A stretch of 64,000 nt of DNA. Source: Camelus ferus. Lineage: Eukaryota. The stretch is from contig NC_045696.1 in assembly GCF_009834535.1 (NCBI RefSeq), forward strand, positions 6,326,001 through 6,390,000. Reading direction: 5' to 3'. The position numbers and the translations under genes were made by a program. Shown here in pieces: positions 24,940-33,860 of the stretch. Positions within the stretch are counted from its first letter, which is position 1. Each line of letters begins with the position of its first letter. The notes beneath the pieces were generated by a model, which was not told the origin of the DNA, made no database searches, and was given only the letters and a program-made list of their open reading frames with translations.

Positions 24940-25516
24940 AACCGGTTAATTGGGGCGCCAATAGCAATGACATATGTTTGGAAGGAGAAAATGAAACTAT
25001 TCTGTTGAACAAATGAAGGTGGTTAAAAATCAGCAGGCGAATGGCTGCCATTAAACATCGTCGCCTATTAATGTGAAATAAGTTCCACCTGCAAAGTTTC
25101 CTTTTATGAGAAAGGAGCCGGGAGTGGGGCGGGGGGCTCGAGTCCTGTGTCCCAGGTGTGTGGCGGGTCTTGGGAGATGGGGCCCCAGTTGGCCTGGTCC
25201 CTGGGTGCCCTCCACGCCCCAGGACCAAGATGCCCGCCGCCCACGTGAAGCCACGCGGAGTCCGGCCACATCTGCATCCTGCCCGGGGCGGCGTGTCACA
25301 CGGCCGTACACCGGGTCACACCTGCTGTGGCAATCCCAGGCCCGGGCAATTGATGTCTTTTTTTTTTTTTTAATTAAAAAAAAATTCTCCTGGCTGCATA
25401 TCATCAAGAAAAACAACATTGTTTTCAGGGTCTCTTATCTCTCCACTCCCAAATATCCTGTTTCTTCGGGCTGGGCGGCCAGGACCAATAGAAACCTCTT
25501 CCTGCCATTGGCTGAC
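24940..25516 (+). promoter_or_regulatory. ERG: ERG proximal promoter
   Basis: Repeat-free, with a CpG-rich segment at about 25115-25350. GC boxes (GGGGCGGGG 25126-25134; GGGCGG 25473-25478), GATA (TTATCT 25435-25440), CCAAT (25485-25489), inverted CCAAT (ATTGG 25507-25511) and ETS core (CTTCCTG 25498-25504) lie immediately 5' of the exon. Confidence 0.8.
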
Positions 25517-25640
25517 TTCATTTCCCAGACTTAGCACAATCTCATCCGCTCTAAACAACCTCATCAAAACTCCTTTCTGGTCAGAGAGAAGCAATAATTA
25601 TTATTAACATTTATTAGCGATCAATAAACGTGATTGCATT
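25517..25640 (+). other. ERG: 5'UTR of the ERG proximal first exon (TSS approximate)
   Basis: TTCATTTCCCAGACTTAGCACAATCTCATCCGCTCTAAACAACCTCATCAAAAC...GATCAATAAAC(g)TGAT(t)GCATT is near-identical to the recalled human ERG mRNA 5' end. No upstream ATG in this stretch. Confidence 0.85.
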
Positions 25641-25658
25641 ATGGCCAGCACGATTAAG
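25641..25658 (+). CDS. ERG: First coding exon segment (MASTIK) of ETS transcription factor ERG, proximal-promoter isoform; spliced in phase 0 to a downstream exon outside the window
   Basis: ATGGCCAGCACGATTAAG encodes M-A-S-T-I-K and is followed directly by a canonical GTAAGG donor. Strong Kozak context (gcattATGG). This matches the known ERG N-terminus MASTIK|EALSVVSEDQ, and the preceding 5'UTR matches my recollection of the human ERG first exon. Confidence 0.93.
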
Positions 25659-28600
25659 GTAAGGAGAGGGCTCCTCTCACTTGGCAAAATCTTATGCTCG
25701 GTACTCTCTTTCTTTGGTTTCCTTTATCAACGCAGATAAGTTAGGATTGGGCAACACCCCCACTGCCACAATAGAGGACAACAAGATTTCCTTTGCACTG
25801 CCTAGTAAATTTCCTTTTTCCTACTCCAACCATCCGCAAGGCTTAAAAACTTCAAACTCAGAAAAAAATTGGGGTTTCTAAATTCACTGTTGAGTGCGGT
25901 GGATGACTTTTGCAAAAGCTTTCCAGAGCGCGTCTGAATTTTCCTGTTCTTTACCTCTGTCCCGGCGCCTGGATGTGTGTCTGCTGGAAGGCCATGGATG
26001 TGGAGAGGTTGGAGGGCAGGGGCAGAGAAAAAGATGGGCTTGGAAATGTTGGACTTTCGGATGTTCATGAGTGATTCCCTGGCATCAGGGGTGCCGGCCA
26101 GTCCCAACGGACATGGAGAGATACCTGGGCGAGTGGCGCTTTGTCATGGGACGTGCAAATGTTGACTTGATTTTTGGAACCTTCATGCGGAGAACGGAGC
26201 GTTCTCTTAACTCGAATGGTGGTAATTCGGTTTGTTTGGTTATGTATTTATCTTTAATAAAGTCCTTGCTCCTCTGCACTGTGAGTAAACTTTCTTCCTC
26301 GCGATGGCTGGTCTGTGGGAACGGGAGAGCTGTGGCCTGTCGCTTCTCTGTGCTCTGGAGTGTGGGGTCTCATGTGTTGATTTTTTCACTAATGTTTTTG
26401 GTTGATAGTGTAGAGAGATGAAGGTGGAGGTGAGTTCACATAGGTGGGAACGTAAATGTGGACTAGTTCCTGGATGTGAAGCCAATTTGGTGGTTTGTTC
26501 AAGTCAGAAGGGCAGAGTCCATGAAGTGCTGGTCTGTTGCAGTGTTTTCAAGGCCACCGTGCCTTGGTGACATTTGTAGAAATGAAGATAAAAAATCAGC
26601 ACCGAAAACAGATACCGAAAGGAGGAAAAAGAAAGCTTTCTGGGTGGGATGTCTTTCTCTTTGCCGCATCTAGGTGAGAAGCCTTGGTTTTGTTTTCCTC
26701 AAGGGTTGTAGTTAATTAGAAGGCTCATGCATCTGGAAGTTTGCCCAGAATTGGGCCAAGACAGTTTCAAAAATCCTCCTTGGTTTGCTTTGAAATGTTT
26801 GTAGGAGAGGACTTAATGAATGCCTGTTGTCTAAACTGTGTTTCAGAAGTTCTGTTCAGTTTTTATTTCTCAATGTATGCTTTATTTTTCAAGGTATGTA
26901 CAGTAATGTGTAAAAAATTCATGTATCAAGGAATCCAGTCTTACAGAGATGTTTCTTTCTTTGGCTTCAAGGATTAAAGTCTGTAAAAAAAAACCTACAT
27001 AGAAAGGAATTTTAAAATCCGGGGTTTGACGTCTTTCAGCTACATGAACAGGAATTATTTGATTTTATAACCCCAAATGCTACCCTTTTAATTCCTATTT
27101 TTACCCTTACTTGTGTCCATATTTCACAGCAATTGAATCTAATGTTCTGTGTTAGATTTGGAAGAGCTTGAGTACCATGGTGTGTATGTGTGTGCGTATG
27201 TTTCAGAAAAGCCTGTGTATTGAAGGACACTGAAATAACAGACCATCCTTTAGAGTGTGAGGTACATTTTGCAAAACATACACATGTCATACTGTTTAAA
27301 TTAAAGTATACATTTCTGAAGATATGAGGATGTTTTTGAAGCTTGCCTGTTTGGTGAATTTCAGGGTGGATTTGGAGAAAGTTTACATTTGTCCGGGTCG
27401 GACACTCCGTTTGCTTTAACATTTGATTCCACTGCATTATTGCTATGTTGTATACACCTCAAGAGGACTTTAAAAGTGACTTCAAGTGGACTCTTTTTAA
27501 TCCCCTGTTAAAATAAAATAGCCCTTCTTTATAGGTAACTTCCTTTAAGATGGGTTCTGCTGGGCTCTCTGGATAAAGTAATGAGATGATTTTACAGACT
27601 TGTTTATAGAGTGGAAAAAAGGAGACCCAGTCTGTTGACTACAGTTTTAATTATGTTAGTGCAAAGCTCAAATTAGCATAGGGAAAATTACGGCTGTCCT
27701 TTGGAATTAGGAAACTTTCTGTCATACAGGCAATTTCCAGTCTCAAACGCACTCTGTTTTTTTCTTTTGTTGTTGTTGTTGTTTCAGTAAATAAATCAAT
27801 TAGTTGCTCAAATATCAGCTGCATGAATTTGTCAAGTTGGGACTCCACATCTGAGTGACTTTTTTTTTCTTGGCATTAATATCTATCAGACCCTGTGAAG
27901 CACTAGGAAAACCTAAATGTTTTTATCCTGTCTTGATGATTCTCACCATCATTTTCCCTTGGAATTTTGGAAATGGGAACAAAGTGTTTCCACTGGAAGA
28001 AGTAAAGGAATTTTAAGAGCTTATGTGAGTTGTCCCCACTTATCTTTAATTGTCCGTGAATTTTAAGATCAGATGAAGAGTTTTAGCAAAAACGCGTAAG
28101 CGTCATAGGTGATGCTCCCGTATGCCAGTCACGGTTAGTTTGGAGCTTCCACCTGCTTTTGGACCAGCTGACAATCCCGAGGGGTGCCTCACACCCCCTT
28201 CCTTTTTCTCTCCACAAAACAGAGCTGCGTTTGCTTACAGACTCGAAGGAGCCAGTGGTTAGACTTGGAAAGTTAAGTTTTTGCTTCAGTTAGGATTTTT
28301 AATCCAATCTCCCAAAGATTTCCCTGCTCCTTTTTCCTATGCCTTGGGCCACTTGGGAAGTCTAATGAAGCCTGCCGTCCCTTCTCAGAAGAGTGCTTTG
28401 ACATGCGGGAAAGGCAGTGCAGAGAATGAGGAGGGAAGCTCATTCTGCTGAAATCCAGTTCCATCCCTGGACTCTGTGGGTGGTCCGTGAACCCCAGGTG
28501 ACATCCTCTGATCCTGGAACTTAAAGGTCTTTAGTCTTCAGGATGGGATTGTGGGGATTTTCCTTGATCACAGGTCGGGCACTGAAGGACCAGGGGAGAG

Positions 28601-28767
28601 CAAGTTGCAAACAGCAGCGTGAGTGGCGAGCATCTTAGGATCAGACAGGATATGGGAAGTTACTAACAAGGCTTCTGCGGGAGAACACCATTACTGTTTC
28701 AATTAGTTGTTTAAAGAGGTTACTTTCTTTGATGTGACGAGGTTGGAGGGTTTTGATAATCAGTACG

Positions 28768-29090
28768 ATATCACTTATGTGTGGAGTCTAAGCTATACAA
28801 CAAACGTGTGAATGTAGCAAAAAAGAGCAGATTCACTGACACAGAGAACAAACCGGTGGTTAGCCGTGGGGACAGGGATGGGGGAGGGGACCCACAGGGT
28901 GGGGGAGTAAAAGGGCAAACTGTTACGTGTAAAATAAGCTGCAAGGACATAGTGTACAACACAGGGAGTACAGGCAGCATTTTATAATAACTAGAAAGGG
29001 AAGATAACCTTTAAAACCTATGCATCACTCTACTGTACATATAATAGTGTACAGTAACTATAGTAGGAAAAAAGAATTAATTAAAAAATA
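28768..29090 (+). mobile_element. L1 3'UTR fragment, sense
   Basis: ATATCACTTATGTGTGGAGTCTAA...ACAGAGAACAAAC...GTACAACACAGGGAGTA...TTTTATAATAACT. Confidence 0.8.
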
Positions 29091-29686
29091 TAAGGCTTCC
29101 TTTATCTATTTTCTGCCTTGCACGTAGCAGGCACTCACAGAATATTTGTTATCATGTGTGAAGCCAGCTTATGTACAAGCTCAGGGTTATATGAAGGGAG
29201 TTCATGTCTTCGTAGGATGTTGATGGAGGTGATGGATGGGTTTAATGGCTCTAGACGCTTGAACTGTCCCCAACCCCTCAGCCTAAGTGCAGTTTGAAAT
29301 GTTTCTTCCCTTGTTACTTGAGGGGACTCTGTGACAGCGGAAGGTGCAGAATACATGAAATACTGCTGTCCCACTATGTAAACGTCCTATTTCCAGAGCA
29401 GTCCCTATCTCCTGTCCTGGCTTAAAAGTGGAATTACGGGCCATTATTTTCAAATGACTTGGAACAGTGGGTGGCTCTGGACACTGTCTGTCCTCTTGGG
29501 GCTCAGCATGCTTCTCCCCAGCTCTCTGAGCCTGGGCACGCCAGCTCGGTGGCTGTGGAAAAGGAAATTGTGAAGGATAGAGTTTGTGGATAATTTATCC
29601 CATTAAATATGCTTACGTGGGACTACAGTGCTCTCAGGGCATGTTCTGAAAGTCTGAACCATTTCTTAATTATCTATGTTTTCTTT

Positions 29687-29834
29687 TTAAAAAATTTTAA
29701 AAAATTAATTAATTTTTAAACTTTTTAGTGGGGAGGTAATTAGATTTATTTATTTTTAATGGAGGTACTGGGGGTTGAACCCAGGACCTTGTGCATGCTA
29801 AGCATGCACTCTGCCACTGAACTATGCCCACCCC
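29687..29834 (-). mobile_element. tRNA-derived SINE (Vic-1-like) with 15-bp TSD
   Basis: GGAGGTACTGGGGGTTGAACCCAGGACCTTGTGCATGCTAAGCATGCACTCTGCCACTGAACTAT, flanked by exact ATCTATGTTTTCTTT at 29672-29686 and 29835-29849. Confidence 0.9.
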
Positions 29835-32310
29835 ATCTATGTTTTCTTTAAAGTGATTATTTCATTAAAATTGTTTTTTTACAAAACAGATTTTTGCTGA
29901 AGTGCCCCCCCACACACATACACTTATTAACGTCTCTTGAAAAAGCATCTGTAAAAATAAAATACATTGATGGAACAACTGTTACTGGTGCCTTCAGAAA
30001 AAGAGGACTTCTGTGTTCAGAACTGCAGACTACAGGTTTCCTCTGTGGGGACCCAGAGCAGAACATCCCGCCTTGGCGTCCTGGTAACTTGGCAGGTGGA
30101 TGATTGAGCGGCAGACACAGAGGAGAATCACAGCCGGGGAAGCCGTGGGAAAGTCAGAGCTGGAGGCTGTCCCTGGAGCGTACGACCTTCTGTGAGAAGA
30201 GTGTGTGACAGGGACAGTCTCCAGGCCTTTCTAGTGCTGGGGGCACACCTGCTGGGGGAGGATCTTTCCTTTAGGGCGGGGAACGCCTCCAGCGCAGCAG
30301 GGACCCGTCCTCCCCTCTTGTCCTGGCAGAACGGGGGACAGCTCTTCTCTGCCTGGGGATGCTGTCCGATCGCCCCTGAGGTTTCTTTTCTTATATTCTG
30401 TGGCCACAGACATACCTGCATTTGAAGCCTTCCTGGTCCTGTGACCCTGGGCGAGGGCCCTCACCTGTGTGACCCCCGTTTCCTCACCTGTGAGGTGGGA
30501 GCATGTGGCAGGTTCAGGGCGGTGGAGCCTCTGGTAGGTGCTCAGTACCTGGTCGAGGCCCTCAGACAATCCAGGTTGATCTCATCTTTCCTAAGAAATC
30601 GCATTGTCTTCTGGCCCTGCTTGGAGTTCTGTCTGTCTTCCATTTACCCGGCTTCAGCTGTGAAGCCCAGAGACAATGTGACTCTGTTCTCTTTCTTCTG
30701 AAGAGACGGGGAGAATAACAGGCCGCTTCTGCGTGCAAATATCGCAGCCTCCCAGCCAGGGCGGGGTACACGGGGGCCAGGGGAGGTCGGGGGTGGGGTG
30801 GTTGGGGGTAGCTCAGAAGGGTCCCTGGGTAAGGGTGTAGTGGGACAGGTAATAAACCCGTGGGCAGGAGAGCAACTCGGGGGCCCCTGAAAGGCACGGC
30901 TGGTCAGAGGGTTGGTTTCGTCCTGTTTTGAGGGTGGAGGTTGTTGGCTGTGTTACTGACGGAAGGCAGAGGCCTGAAAAGGCATCTTGTTCCTGATTAG
31001 GGCTGGAACCCGGCTACTGGTATACCTCCACTGGCCTAGCCTCTCCTTCAATTTGAGAAATGCATCTTGTTGTTTTGTACAAATTAGAGTAATAAAACAT
31101 TCTCACTGTAGAGAAAATGAAAAAAAGAAATCATTACAAAAATCAATAGAAATTGCTCCTACTCCTAACCAGCTAGAGAAAAAGCACCAACATTTGGTGT
31201 GTGTCTCCCTACTGTCTGTCTGTCCTCTTGTCTGGCTGACCATCCTGCTTTCTCAGTTAACGTTGTTTAACACACATTTCCCCGTGTCACTAAAATTTTT
31301 TGATAAGCAGAATTATATTCCATCTAAAATAAGCATTATTATTTATATAACCAACATCCTGTTGTAGGAAATAATATTGCTTTCAGTTTTTCACTAGTTA
31401 CATTGCAATGCACTCTATACAATTTGTTAAAAATGTGTTTTATTAGTATTGGAGCTTAGCAAAGACCAGTGGGTATATATATATTTTTTTAAGTCACTCA
31501 AATTTAAATATTTGCCAGTTAAAAAAAGATGGCCAGTTTACTCTCTAGAAAGGCTGTACCAGTTCCCACTTCCAGCCCTTAACCAGTTCCACTGCACTCA
31601 CAACAGCTCTTGAGTATTTAACTCTGAATCTTTGCCATTGCAACAGGCAAAAATGGAGTCTCATTTTTATTTGTATTTCCATAATTATACTGTTTCATTA
31701 CTTTTTTTTTTTTTTTTTTTTTTTTGCTGTGAACCTATTTCAGCTAGTGGCCACTGTGACCTCTGGATCTTTTTCTTAGTTATACTTTCATTCCCTGTTT
31801 GATCACGTTTATTTCCCACATATTTCCCCTATTGGATTTGGCAGAGGCACGCTTTATAAAGGTTAAGATTATTGCTCATTCTGTCCACTCCTGTGCTTCG
31901 TCCTCTCTCTTGTGAGCACGTTCCCCCAGCTCTGCTCGTGTTTGTGGCCGTGACTCTGTCTACTTTTGTAAACCACAGAACTTGTACTGTTGTGATAGTC
32001 TGTCCACCTCTTTTGTGTCCTCGACAGAGACTGGCAAAGTGTTGGGATTCAATAAATATTTGTTGAGACAATACTTTTTGATTAAAATCCTTTTAAGTTG
32101 TAAAGAGAAGGTTCAGGTATCAGTAATATAATCATCATTGCAGATTTTAAGTCAATGTGTTTCTTCAGAGATGGTTCTAATTACATACAAATTAATTAAA
32201 TAGAATTAAATTGCTGTTGAAAGGAGCATAGAAAAAACGTTTGTAAAAGGCAGTTGTGTCTTGAGTTCATGATCCAGATGAAGTCATTCTCATAACGACT
32301 AGTTCCATTA

Positions 32311-32551
32311 TTTGGGGAGGGGTGCTGGGGAGGCAATTAGGTTTATTTATTTACATATTAATTCTGCCATTCTTTATTATGATGAACAAATAGAACTTTC
32401 TATCATGTGAATTTCTCTTGTTCTGATACCTGTATCTTTCAAAAAGCAAAAATCTTAAATACTTACTTATTTTTAATGGAGGTACTGGGGATTGAACCCA
32501 GAACCTTGTGTGTGCTAAGCAGGCACTCTACCACTGAGCGCTACCCTCCCC
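32311..32551 (-). mobile_element. tRNA-derived SINE (Vic-1-like), split by an internal insertion
   Basis: The head (GGAGGTACTGGGGATTGAACCCAG...CTCTACCACTGAGCGCTACCCTCCCC) and tail (GGGGAGGCAATTAGGTTTATTTATTT) are separated by about 108 bp of unrelated sequence. Confidence 0.8.
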
Positions 32552-33639
32552 ACTGCGGCTCATTCTCTGCCAGGCTCTGTGCTGGAATCTCACAGCATCT
32601 CAGGAGATGCTCACCGCAGCCTGAGTCCTGGTGCTTTCTGTCTGGATGAGGAGAGAGGACTACAGAGGCTAGGGAACTTGCTCAAGGCACACAGATGTCT
32701 TTGCTTCCCTTCAACTTATCATCATACGATGTCTATTTTCCCTGCTATTTGCCCTTGCTCCAAATATTAAATTACTATGCAGGAAAAAGAAAGCAATGTA
32801 TTAAATGATACAGTGATACCTTAAATAATGAAATTTATTGTAACTGGCTAACTCACATTCTCACTCTTGTGTGAAAAACCCCATTGGCCACAACGATTAT
32901 TTTCTTGGTGACGAATCTAGATAAAGAACTAGAAAATGCAAAAGCTAAAACTCTAGCACCCAATTCTCTCTGCTTGGTGACAAGAATTCTGTCCATATTT
33001 GGCAATAGTCACGGGACAGAGGTTCCAGAGGCCAGAGCGGCTGCTGATTTAAGTTCCCTCACCCCAAGGATCCACTTCCTTGGCCTCATCTCTGAGTTTT
33101 CCATGAGGCCTTACAAAGGCTTTCAGCAGGGCTGTTCATGGAATTAAACTCCGGGAAGGATGATAATCCGCTGTTGGGCACAGATAAGTACTGAGACATT
33201 TAGAAAAGAAATGCCAAGGCCAAGCACAATTATTTATTTTTAAAGCCACATCATAATCCAATCATAACATTCACATGAAGGCTGTTACTTCAAATGGTTT
33301 TGTCTGAGACAATGCATGTCAGATTCTGGAGAATAAAATAATGTTTCTAACATATTATGCAGAGGATTCACACTCCTGAATCTAATACAGTGGGTTTTCA
33401 ATCATTCTACCTTGATGATTTAACATCTTTCTCTTCGTTATAAAATTACAGTACAGCACATTGTCTTTTTCATTTAACAATACTGACACAGTCAGCACTG
33501 AAGAGAATCTCCCGTCCCCCCTTCCACCTCCCCTCTCCAACCCCATCCACATGGTCCCCAAATCCGTGAATTCAAATCATCAGCCAATAGCAACTTCACC
33601 ATCCCATTCTCTTTGGATCCCTTTGGGTCTTATTGAGTT

Positions 33640-33860
33640 TTATTTTATTTTTTTTAATTCTTATTTTTTAGTGAAGTGTAGTCAATTTACAATGTTAGTT
33701 TCATGTGTACAGCAAAGTGATTCAGTTACACACATACATACATATTTAGAGTTCAGATTCTTTTCCATTAAATGTTATTCGCTGTGCCCTACAGTAGGTC
33801 CTTGTTTATTTATTTTATATACAGCAATGTGTCTCTATTAATCCCAACTCCTAATCCCTT
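33640..33860 (-). mobile_element. L1 3'-end fragment, antisense
   Basis: GTGAAGTGTAGTCAATTTACAATGTTAGTTTC...CAGCAAAGTGATTCAGTTA...ACAGTAGGTCCTTGTT. Confidence 0.85.

Noticed and set aside
26678..30432. GAAGCCTT occurrences as the possible start of the next ERG exon
   Set aside because: Following bases do not encode EALSVVSEDQ; the real exon must lie beyond the window.
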